A stretch of 64,000 nucleotides of DNA, from assembly GCA_030649895.1 (NCBI GenBank), contig JAUSEX010000052.1:16988-80987 (forward strand). Direction: 5' to 3'. Below the pieces are notes generated by a model that was not told where the DNA came from, ran no database searches, and was given only the letters and a program-made list of their open reading frames with translations. The stretch comes from Candidatus Omnitrophota bacterium (GTDB lineage Bacteria > Omnitrophota > Gorgyraeia > Gorgyraeales > Gorgyraeaceae). Below, one piece after another: positions 18,751-27,191 of this stretch. How positions within the stretch are numbered: the first letter of the stretch is position 1; each line of letters begins with the position of its first letter. The position numbers and the translations under genes are program-made.

Positions 18751-19890
18751 TTAATGTTTACAAATATTCTCAAGGTCCGCTAGATTTATAAACTTAATTG
18801 TAAAATCACCATATCTATGACTATAGGAATGGCTCATATTATGAGACACTACATATACTTGCGCTTTATCATAATGCCTTAAAAACACTTTAGCATTTGC
18901 CGGATCAAAATCTTTATCCCGCCATTTACATTCTATCGCGATAAGAGGCTGTCCCTTTTTATTGATCACGAAATCTATCTCGTGCCCCTGCTTATCTCTC
19001 CAATAACCGATGTCTCTAGCTTGCCGATGGGCAAATATCTCATTTAAAACAAAATGCTCCCACAGATAACCCATGTCTTCATTTCTAAGTTCATGCCAGC
19101 CGCGGTAATAACAAACAAACCCTGTATCAAAGCCATAGACTTTCGGAGCGGATATAATCTCATTTTGCCTTTTGGAACTAAAAGGACGAATAACATGCGC
19201 AGTAAAAGTAGCTTCAAGCACTTTCAGATAATTGGAGATAGTAGTCCGACTAGCTTCACATGGCGATGCAAAGCTATTGGCCTCAAATATACCGCCGCTT
19301 TGAGCCATAATAAGCTCAAAGAACTTTTGAAACGAATATCTCCTTTCAAGCCTGAATAACTCCTGGATGTCTTTCGCCCAAAAGGTATCTATCCAATCTT
19401 GAAAATTCCGCTCCGGGTATCGAGCGGTCATAAAGAAAGGCGGTAATCCGCCATAGAGAAACCTGTGTTTCAAATCAGTATTACCAAAAGACTCCGCATC
19501 TAATAGCGTCATGGGGGTAAGCCACAACTCCCGCTTTCTGTCTGTCAATGTATCCTTAAATTTCGCCGAAGCGCTAAGAGTAGACGAGCCAGTAGCAATG
19601 ATTTGTATGTCAGGATAATGATCAGCGGCTATTTTCAGTATTTCCGATGGGTTTGATAACCTGTGAATTTCATCCAACGCAATCCTGCGCCCGCGTAAAT
19701 TTTCTAAAAATAACTCCGGATCTTCCATCGCGCGCCTTATCCGAGGAAGCTCACAGTCAAAATAATCAATACCATCAAAGCTTTTGCACAGAAATGTCTT
19801 ACCTGAGCGACTTACACCCGTCAGCCAGATGATAGACTTTTCTTTAAACAGCCTTTCTATAACATTTTTCCAAAATGGCCTATTTTTCAT
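18751..19890 (-). CDS. AAA_14 + DUF4143 ATPase
   Basis: GVSRSGKT, LDEIH, ATGSS, YWRDKQGHEIDFV..AIECK. Confidence 0.9.
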   Translation of the reverse strand: MKNRPFWKNVIERLFKEKSIIWLTGVSRSGKTFLCKSFDGIDYFDCELPRIRRAMEDPELFLENLRGRRIALDEIHRLSNPSEILKIAADHYPDIQIIATGSSTLSASAKFKDTLTDRKRELWLTPMTLLDAESFGNTDLKHRFLYGGLPPFFMTARYPERNFQDWIDTFWAKDIQELFRLERRYSFQKFFELIMAQSGGIFEANSFASPCEASRTTISNYLKVLEATFTAHVIRPFSSKRQNEIISAPKVYGFDTGFVCYYRGWHELRNEDMGYLWEHFVLNEIFAHRQARDIGYWRDKQGHEIDFVINKKGQPLIAIECKWRDKDFDPANAKVFLRHYDKAQVYVVSHNMSHSYSHRYGDFTIKFINLADLENICKH

Positions 19891-19944
19891 AATTAAAGCA
19901 TATCATAAAGTTTAACTATAAGCAATACTAAACTTCTATAGTTA

Positions 19945-20005
19945 TGCCAATATTACTCAGCCTCCTATGCCCCAGGCCCATATCTCCTTTTACATACACT
20001 CCCTT
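19945..20005 (-). pseudogene. asnB N-terminal stub
   Basis: GVYVKGDMGLGHRRLSNIG. Confidence 0.7.
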
Positions 20006-20080
20006 TATTTACAACATTATATCAGTACTATTTTATATTCCTAGTATCTTTTTGAACTTAGAAGTTGCATTTCTTTCCGA

Positions 20081-20221
20081 TAGTGTGTCCAGCTTAATTC
20101 GTGACGCAGCGCGTCACGATTCGAATACATCACATAGAAATGCCTTATATTTTAGAACCATAAGGCTCGTAACTTATTATAAGGTAAAATGTTACAGCTC
20201 AGTAAGACGTCCCCGATGCTA
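20081..20221 (-). repeat. ~140-bp duplicate of 25121-25261 (DUF1016 stub)
   Basis: Near-identical sequence at offset 5040, including palindrome TCGTGACGC-agc-GCGTCACGA. Confidence 0.9.
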
Positions 20222-20276
20222 TCTCTTAAAGGCTTCGTGGATGGTGGATTTATTTACAACTCAACATAAGATTGCG

Positions 20277-21608
20277 TTACAGATTCCCTGCTTCACGAAC
20301 CAATCTTTTCATCTGCTCTGCCATATACAACGGCAGCGTTAACACTTTATCATGCAAAGATAGCTTCTCCTGCGAAAAGCGCACACCAAACAATGATTTC
20401 TTTTCTTCAATAAACAGTTTTAGTGATTTAAGCGTGCCGGTTTTTCCTGCCTTGACCTCCACCGGCAATATCAGAGAATCTACCGCCACAACATAATCAA
20501 CTTCAGCTGAGCTGCTTTTTTTATCACGAGCCCAGAAAAATAAGCCGCACTTTAAATAACTGTCAAAATAGGCCCTCAGCTCCTGGCCAATGAGCTGTTC
20601 TGTTACAGCGCCAGCATTAATCAGAAAAAAATTATTCGTTAATGTAAGTTCGGCCTGCAGGCCGCAGGCATTCTGCATTAGGCCTACATCAAGGAAGTTT
20701 AATTTGAATTTCATTTCATTAGCTTGCGCTCCCAAAGGAAGCCCTGAAGCGGCAGTAGCGTATATGGGATAGACGATACCTGCTAATTTCAAAAGGTTAA
20801 GCGCCTGTTTGATATCCCTAGATTTACTATGAGGATCGACATTTGAATACTTGATACGATTACCAACAAGCCGCGGAGCTTCATCCAATACCTTTTGCAA
20901 ATATTTGAGTTCGGAAGATTTTGCGTATTTCCCAAAATCATTCCGATACGCTTGCAGCAAAGAATTTTGAATTCGCTGACAATTTAAAAAGTTTCTATTA
21001 TCAAGGTGCTCTTTAACCACAGCCGGCATCCCTCCCACAATAAGATATATCCGCAACAAATCCATCAGCTTCTGATGTACCGCATCATCAAATACGCTGT
21101 TCAATCGTATTTCCCGCAGATGATCCCGCAACAATTCATTCCCGGATGCCGTCAAAAACTCCCCAAAAGACAAAGGCTCAAGATATATAAACTGGATTCT
21201 CCCCACCGGCATTTTAAAATCTGAACTGTTAAGCGCGAATTCCATTAATGAACCTGCCCCAATAACGGCAAGCCGATCATACTTTTCCTTGAAATACCGC
21301 AAGGCCATTATCGCGTTAGGGCATTCTTGTATCTCATCAAGAAAGAGCAATGTTTTCTCTGCTTCTATGTTTTCGCCCATAAGAAGCTGCAACTTATTAA
21401 TAATCTCGATAGGATCAAGCGTAGTAAAACATTGTTTGAGTTCAGGCCTAAATTCAAAATTAACAATAACTATATTTTTAAATGCTCTTTTTCCAAACTC
21501 TTCCACAATGTAACTTTTACCTACTTGCCGCGCTCCTCGCAACAATAATGGCAGCCTGTCTTTGCATTCTTTCCAGTTAAATAAATCTCTTTCCAAGTCT
21601 CTTTTCAT
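20277..21608 (-). CDS. AAA_14 + DUF4143 ATPase
   Basis: GARQVGKS, FLDEIQ, AGSL, AEVDYV..PVEVKAG. Confidence 0.9.
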   Translation of the reverse strand: MKRDLERDLFNWKECKDRLPLLLRGARQVGKSYIVEEFGKRAFKNIVIVNFEFRPELKQCFTTLDPIEIINKLQLLMGENIEAEKTLLFLDEIQECPNAIMALRYFKEKYDRLAVIGAGSLMEFALNSSDFKMPVGRIQFIYLEPLSFGEFLTASGNELLRDHLREIRLNSVFDDAVHQKLMDLLRIYLIVGGMPAVVKEHLDNRNFLNCQRIQNSLLQAYRNDFGKYAKSSELKYLQKVLDEAPRLVGNRIKYSNVDPHSKSRDIKQALNLLKLAGIVYPIYATAASGLPLGAQANEMKFKLNFLDVGLMQNACGLQAELTLTNNFFLINAGAVTEQLIGQELRAYFDSYLKCGLFFWARDKKSSSAEVDYVVAVDSLILPVEVKAGKTGTLKSLKLFIEEKKSLFGVRFSQEKLSLHDKVLTLPLYMAEQMKRLVREAGNL

Positions 21609-21711
21609 GGCAAACTCTTTCTATGTATGGCTAATATACAAGCATATAGTATAACAATATTGGCTATAATACAAGGTATATTATGTGGAACCGATAGCTT
21701 CCTTTTATATA

Positions 21712-21749
21712 TAGACACATCTTAAGGGTGGTTTCTTTCAATTTTTTTT
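21712..21749 (-). promoter_or_regulatory. Repeated 38-bp motif, copy 7
   Basis: TAGACACATCTTAAGGGTGGTTTCTTTCAA on plus strand. Confidence 0.55.
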
Positions 21750-22794
21750 AAGTCATTAAAAGCTTCGTGGAGCTGCTTACTCCATTAATTTGTTCTTCGA
21801 TAACCCGTAGCTTTTCTATGACGCGATCAAATGATGGCGGCTCTTCAAAAAACATTTGTTGCATCTGGCGGTAATCGTTTTTCAGTTGGCTCACTTGATT
21901 ATCACAAGGCACCAAATGCAAGGTACCCGGCTTTGCTTCATCGTAATGCGCCCAATTCGCTTTAAAAAATAGAGATTTATGATCAGACACATCTTTTAGT
22001 AACGAAATACTCTCTAGGGCTCTTTTATATATCGGCGAATCCGCCATCGCGTATATATCGTAATAATGACGCGACATTCGCAATGGCACATTCTTTTCAG
22101 ACGGATAATGATATATCATATGCAAAATAGTCGCTTTCTCCCAAAAAGTCCGTTCCGCGGCTAAAACCCGTACAGAAGCTCCTTCAATGACCTGTTCACC
22201 GGGAACGTTCGCGATGTATGGGAAAATTATTGCGGTTTCAACCGGCCAATGATCAGAGCGAGCGCCAAATTCAACTTTGACCGAAGACCTTAAGTAGCTT
22301 TCCGCATGACTCATCATCGCATGGGGAAAAGTAAATAGAACAGTTTGTCCGTCCGCATCTTCTGTATCCAATTCGATTTTCCATTCACCGCTATCGGAAA
22401 GAACCGTCGCGACCCCTCTCTTTAAATCAGGAAGAATCATTTCATCAATTTTTGTTTTACAAACTAATTGCAATTCTTTAAGCCTTTTCTGATTTTCCTT
22501 ATTGCTTTTTTCTTTATCCGGTTCGATAGCATGAGTCTTAGATAAAAAAGGCCTTTCTATTGAAATGTCAACGTCTTCCGAAAAACGTTTAATAACGTTA
22601 TAACATTTTGAGAGGGATGTCCCCCCTTTAAAGGTTACATGCGTGCCGATCTGGGGTAACGAAAAAAGGATTTTTAGTATCCAGCATACCCAAAAGTCCT
22701 TTTCAACCAGCTGCGGCATTATGTTCAAGTTAGCAGCGGCCACTTCAAAATACGCGCGTTTATCTTTATGCGTCAACAATACGAATTTATTCAT
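21748..22794 (-). CDS. AbiEii toxin
   Basis: VEKDFWV, FKGGTSLSK, RFSEDVD, RTFWEKATILH, SRHYYD. Confidence 0.92.
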   Translation of the reverse strand: MNKFVLLTHKDKRAYFEVAAANLNIMPQLVEKDFWVCWILKILFSLPQIGTHVTFKGGTSLSKCYNVIKRFSEDVDISIERPFLSKTHAIEPDKEKSNKENQKRLKELQLVCKTKIDEMILPDLKRGVATVLSDSGEWKIELDTEDADGQTVLFTFPHAMMSHAESYLRSSVKVEFGARSDHWPVETAIIFPYIANVPGEQVIEGASVRVLAAERTFWEKATILHMIYHYPSEKNVPLRMSRHYYDIYAMADSPIYKRALESISLLKDVSDHKSLFFKANWAHYDEAKPGTLHLVPCDNQVSQLKNDYRQMQQMFFEEPPSFDRVIEKLRVIEEQINGVSSSTKLLMT

Positions 22795-22801
22795 AGTCCT
22801 T

Positions 22802-23401
22802 TTATTCCTGCAGTTGTCTAAAGATTGATCCTATCCACGCGGGGGCATAGCGAAGATCGCGCATAAGCCGGCACTTGTCAATCCCGGTTAATCTCTTTTT
22901 GAGTATCCCTATTGTTTTATCATCTACGTGATCTTTTCCTAAATACCTCAAAGCCTGAATAACCAAACCACTAACATCCCCGGTAGCTGCCATATTCTTA
23001 GGTGTTGTTCTTTTTAAAACAATCCGTTGATTTTTTACCTGCACTGTTTTATTGCCGCCATCTGTCAGAAAAATAATTCTCGCCGGTACCTGATCGGTTA
23101 AGCCCAGGAGATTGGCGGCATATGCCCCCGAAGGTTGAATTTTCAAGCTATCCCTTCCTGCTAATGCTTGAGCGATGCGCTCATAATTCGCAGGTAACTC
23201 TCCCAACACAGGGTGTTTCTCCGGGTAATCATACAGGCCACGCGCGAGTCGGCGAATAGTTCCGGAATCTGCTAAACGCTCTAGGGTTTTAGCTACGGCC
23301 GTGCGGCTTCCAAGATCAAGAAAATGAGTCGTGGTGAATACCCAACCCCTCTTCATCCCATATATCCTGCTAACTACTTTACTATCAATGCTTTGTGTCA
23401 T
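22802..23401 (-). CDS. AbiEi-type antitoxin (DUF6088-like)
   Basis: IRRLARGLYDYP, GAYAANLLGLTDQVP; start likely ATG 23401 after RBS GGAGAGG. Confidence 0.88.
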   Translation of the reverse strand: MTQSIDSKVVSRIYGMKRGWVFTTTHFLDLGSRTAVAKTLERLADSGTIRRLARGLYDYPEKHPVLGELPANYERIAQALAGRDSLKIQPSGAYAANLLGLTDQVPARIIFLTDGGNKTVQVKNQRIVLKRTTPKNMAATGDVSGLVIQALRYLGKDHVDDKTIGILKKRLTGIDKCRLMRDLRYAPAWIGSIFRQLQE

Positions 23402-23416
23402 AATAATAACCTCTCC

Positions 23417-23457
23417 TATGTCGCAAAAAGTATATACTTTTTGCGACATATTGTCAA
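23417..23457 (-). promoter_or_regulatory. Sigma70 promoter covered by a perfect 34-bp palindrome (likely autoregulatory operator)
   Basis: TATGTCGCAAAAAGTAT|ATACTTTTTGCGACATA at 23417-23450; TTGACA-17-TATACT. Confidence 0.85.
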
Positions 23458-23485
23458 GATGTTTTTACGTAAATCCACCCTTAAA

Positions 23486-23519
23486 AGCAGTAGCCCAGGT
23501 TTAAACCTGGGCTACTGCT
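23486..23519. repeat. GTAG-type REP-like palindrome
   Basis: AGCAGTAGCCCAGGTTTAAACCTGGGCTACTGCT, perfect. Confidence 0.85.
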
Positions 23520-24351
23520 AATTCAAGAGTTTCTTGCTTTGAGCTTCTTTTAGATAATTTTCACGCGTTAATACTTTTTTACCACTCTTTCTTTCCAATT
23601 CTTTTCTCGCGTTGCCCGCGACAGCGCCGCCCTTTTGGGCTGCTTGCTTAGTCTCGATAAATCCCTGAGCATTTTTATTTATGGTGATTTCTTTAGTGGA
23701 TGCCTCTCCAAGCATTGAGAAGATCAGCTCCAAGTCATTCATATGATCCCGCAGATTTTGCCGCTTTAACCCTTTAAACTTTTTATACGCGGATGGGGTC
23801 AGGCCAAAAGTTGCTTTTGATATCTCAGCGGTGAGTATTTCGTATTCTTTGGGTTTCTTTACGTCTCTTTTTTGCCACTCGTCAGTTAGTTCTTCACGGA
23901 TAGCTATGCCGCGTAGTCTCTTTTCTATCCAGGCATCGCTATATCCTTTAGCCTTATATAAAGCTCTCGTTCTCTTTGTAGCTAGTTCAGGGTCTTCGAT
24001 TTCCTTAATCCGCTCATAGCCGATTCTTGCCAGCCACCTCTTAAATGGTTCAGCTTTAGGTGATGAGACTGACTGGATAATGCGAAAAATACCTTCTGTA
24101 TTTGCACAGTTCATCTTCTGTCTCCCACCTTCTGTGCGAATTTCAAGGGTATGTACAATTTGTACCCACCCTTTAGCCAACTCTGGATCCCTTTGTTTCA
24201 TTCTCTGGATATACTGCTTAGGATCACTGGAATCAATCAAAGCCGAGACAACGTCTTCAATAACAAACCACCACTCCTTCTTATGAATGGCTTTCCTGAT
24301 CTCTTTCTTCCGAAAAATAGCAATTTTAGTAACAACTGTCTCTTTTGTCAT
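23518..24351 (-). CDS. Bro-N domain protein, copy 2
   Basis: Near identical to 9867-10703 except residues ~30-81. Confidence 0.88.
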   Translation of the reverse strand: MTKETVVTKIAIFRKKEIRKAIHKKEWWFVIEDVVSALIDSSDPKQYIQRMKQRDPELAKGWVQIVHTLEIRTEGGRQKMNCANTEGIFRIIQSVSSPKAEPFKRWLARIGYERIKEIEDPELATKRTRALYKAKGYSDAWIEKRLRGIAIREELTDEWQKRDVKKPKEYEILTAEISKATFGLTPSAYKKFKGLKRQNLRDHMNDLELIFSMLGEASTKEITINKNAQGFIETKQAAQKGGAVAGNARKELERKSGKKVLTRENYLKEAQSKKLLN

Positions 24352-24408
24352 TTATCCCTCCAGATTTTTAATTACCATATATAAATCTACCCGCTTTTAA
24401 CTTATAAA

Positions 24409-24442
24409 AGCAGTAGGGTAGGTTTAAACCTGCCCTACTGCT
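24409..24442. repeat. GTAG-type REP-like palindrome
   Basis: AGCAGTAGGGTAGGTTTAAACCTGCCCTACTGCT, one mismatch. Confidence 0.85.
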
Positions 24443-24444
24443 AC

Positions 24445-25200
24445 TTAAAATTTATACCGTTGCATTTCTTTCCGAAGCTCCTCTGGGGTAGGAAGATACA
24501 GTTTGTACCGCGAGGCGAATATCTGCTTATTGCGCTCAGGCAATGTATATCGTACTACAGCGTCTTTTTTATCCTCGCATAATAAAAGCCCTACGGTAGG
24601 ATTATCATCATGGCGCCTCAATATCCGATCATAGTAATTAACGTACATCTGCATCTGCCCTATATCCTGATGAGTAATTTTTCCTATTTTTAAATCAATA
24701 AGAACGTAACACTTCAGAATCGCATTATAGAAAACCAGATCTATGTAAAAATGATCTCCCTCTAGCGTTATGCGGTTTTGGCGCGCGACAAACGTAAATC
24801 CTCTGCCAAGTTCCAGGAGAAATTGAGACAGATGGTCAATAAGCGCCTGCTCAAGTTTATTTTCATAAAGTTTAGCCTGAGGAGATAGTCCGGTAAATTC
24901 TAGCACATATGGATCCTTTATCATATCTTCATATGTCTGAACATCCTGGCCTTTGGCGGCAAGCCGTTTCACAGCTTTCTTATCTTTGCTTAACGCAAGT
25001 CTCTCGAACAACATGCTGCCTTTCTGGCGTTCAAGCTCGCGGGATGACCAATTATTCTTCGCGCATTCTACTTCATAAAATGAACGGGCTTCCGGATTTT
25101 CTACCCGTATTAATATCCTATAGTGCGTCCAGCTTAATTCGTGACGCAGCGCGTCACGATTCGAATACATCACATAGAAATATCTTATATTTTGGAACCA
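24445..25200 (-). pseudogene. DUF1016/YhcG PD-(D/E)XK nuclease-domain gene, 5-prime truncated
   Basis: LSWTHYR, KDPYVLEF, LLELGRGF, IDLVFY..LIDLK, GQMQMYVNY; N-terminal part missing. Confidence 0.8.
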
Positions 25201-25280
25201 TAAAGCTCGTAACTTATTATATGGTAAAATGTTACAGTGCAGTAAGACGTCCCCGATGCTAATTGGCTGAAAAATTGCAG

Positions 25281-25682
25281 TTATTGCTTTTCTAAAGAGA
25301 ATTTCTTTTGCGGATAATTAACTGTAAGAACAAAATTACTTAAAAAACTTCTTACCCCTAATAGCGGGACATTAAGATTTGGCATGAAATCTATAAGGGT
25401 TTCTTTAATAGTAATATCGAATATCTCGATTCTAACTGTATGAGAATACGCTATAGTTTTCCCATTGCCAGTATTTATTTCCTTAGCTATACCTGCTTGG
25501 AGATTATGTCCTAATATTGCGGCATAAGATGCCGGTAAAGCGCATTCATCCGCTCCTGTGTCAATTAATCCTAATATTTTCATCTTCTTATTGGAATGCG
25601 GGTTAACTATAGTAATAGGCAGCCACGGTCTTGAAATATCTTCAGAGCTTAGCTTTATGAAAGGAATATTAGAAAATTCCAT
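25281..25682 (-). CDS. Retropepsin-like (clan AA) aspartic protease
   Basis: LIDTGAD catalytic motif, LLGVRSFL. Confidence 0.8.
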   Translation of the reverse strand: MEFSNIPFIKLSSEDISRPWLPITIVNPHSNKKMKILGLIDTGADECALPASYAAILGHNLQAGIAKEINTGNGKTIAYSHTVRIEIFDITIKETLIDFMPNLNVPLLGVRSFLSNFVLTVNYPQKKFSLEKQ

Positions 25683-25871
25683 TTAGTATATCTGAACCAT
25701 ATCTTTGGCAGGGATAAAAAATATCACAGGATTAGGGTACCCTTGCTTTACTGCTTTATCATATGCTTCCTTAGGATCCTTACCATCAGCAATAACAGTG
25801 CTATCGTCAAAATCCTTTACTACTACGTAACGACCATTATATTTATTTTCTTTTACAAGGACTTGTTCCAT
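25683..25871 (-). CDS. Small DUF5678-like protein
   Basis: KYNGRYVVV..VIADGKDPKEAY.KA; adjacent to the protease; RBS GAGAGG. Confidence 0.7.
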   Translation of the reverse strand: MEQVLVKENKYNGRYVVVKDFDDSTVIADGKDPKEAYDKAVKQGYPNPVIFFIPAKDMVQIY

Positions 25872-26059
25872 ACCACACCTCTCTTTTCCTGCAGTCTATT
25901 AGCAATAATGCTAACTATATCTCTTTTAAATTCAGGCAGTTACATAAATATTTCCAATTATCTCCATGTCTTAGGTAATTATACATCAGATCTCAAGTAA
26001 AGTCAATAGCGCTCTGTCAGAATGTGTCTATCAGGCATGTTGCTTCTTTCCTCTAATAC

Positions 26060-27190
26060 CTAATAACTCTTTTTTAAATCATTAAAAGCTTCCTGGATGG
26101 TGGATTCATTTACATTAAACCTCTTAGCTAAATCAGCCTTTGTTATAGAAGAAATATCCTCCCCTTTGCTTTTGAAGAGGGCCTCTATCATAAGAATAAA
26201 TTTCAGGCGCAAGGTTAAATCAGGTGATTGCCTATTCATAATAGAATCGGAGGATATAACAAAAGAATCACCCGGGATATCCGTAAGCTTTATGAAGACG
26301 TCTTTACCATGCAAAAAGTCTACGCTTATAAGATCATAACGATCCTGGAGCCTCTTCAGGCTTCTTATTACCTGTCTCCTTAAGGCGCTATAACTCAATG
26401 CGCTCGGCAGACCCAAACTCAACGCCATGTCTTCCATATTTATGAAAAACTCAACCTCGCCCGTTAATTGGCTATAACCTAAAATTAAGAGATACAGATT
26501 AAAGACGCGTTCATCCTGGCCTGTAACCATGCGGGAAAAGTATTTCTTATTTACCAGGAGCTCTTCAGGGATAGCTATTCCCTCAGGCAGGTTTTCCAAA
26601 TAATCAGGAATGCCGGATATTTCCGTATTTGACTTTACAAACTTCAACACATCTTCAAGACGACTGAGTTTTTCACCGGCATGGCGAGGCGAATCAATCA
26701 GGGTATTGGATTCGAAATTCCTCTTGAGAGCGGAATTAGACCAGTTTGTACTGCCTATTATCACATATCTACTATCAACTATTATGAGTTTATCATGAAG
26801 CTTACGGCTTGACGGTATAAGGTAAATATCACACCCTGAATCTTTCAGCTCCTTAAACACAGGGCTCCCAATAAAAGATCCTTCGGATTTATCAATGTCC
26901 CTAAAACGGGTATTAAGATACATCGTAACGCTGACTCCCCTTTTCCTGGCCTCCAACAAGTCCTTTAATAGTAGCATTACCGGACTTTTTTCTCCAAAAC
27001 CAGGACTAATACCATACATGGAAACAACTATCGATTCTTTCGCGTTATCCAAGAGATCTATAAGAACTTGTTCATATTTACGGTCTGACAGGTCAGTGAC
27101 TTTCTCTGAGGAGTCATTATCCGCAGGATACACGGAAAAAACATTCAAAAAAACTATAGCAAAAACTATAAAAATTATCGAAAGTCTGAT
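26060..27190 (-). CDS. Single-HKD phospholipase D/nuclease-domain protein with N-terminal hydrophobic signal and C-terminal HTH-like region
   Basis: LHDKLIIVD, GSTNWS, NFE; frame is open up to ATC 27190, 6 nt after GGGAGG. Confidence 0.8.
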   Translation of the reverse strand: MRLSIIFIVFAIVFLNVFSVYPADNDSSEKVTDLSDRKYEQVLIDLLDNAKESIVVSMYGISPGFGEKSPVMLLLKDLLEARKRGVSVTMYLNTRFRDIDKSEGSFIGSPVFKELKDSGCDIYLIPSSRKLHDKLIIVDSRYVIIGSTNWSNSALKRNFESNTLIDSPRHAGEKLSRLEDVLKFVKSNTEISGIPDYLENLPEGIAIPEELLVNKKYFSRMVTGQDERVFNLYLLILGYSQLTGEVEFFINMEDMALSLGLPSALSYSALRRQVIRSLKRLQDRYDLISVDFLHGKDVFIKLTDIPGDSFVISSDSIMNRQSPDLTLRLKFILMIEALFKSKGEDISSITKADLAKRFNVNESTIQEAFNDLKKSY

Positions 27191-27191
27191 A

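Noticed and set aside
813-21749. The 38-bp motif or family A repeats as a CRISPR array
   Set aside because: Spacing is irregular (hundreds to thousands of bp), copies are degenerate, and no cas genes are seen.
23402-23449. N-terminal extension MSQKVYTFCDIG of the antitoxin as another coding palindrome
   Set aside because: It is the promoter/operator; the RBS points to ATG 23401.
9867-24351. Prophage, suggested by Bro-N antirepressor-like genes
   Set aside because: No structural, terminase, replication or integrase genes.
9867-24351. Diversity-generating retroelement TR/VR pairs
   Set aside because: No reverse transcriptase in the window, and differences between repeats are not adenine-specific.
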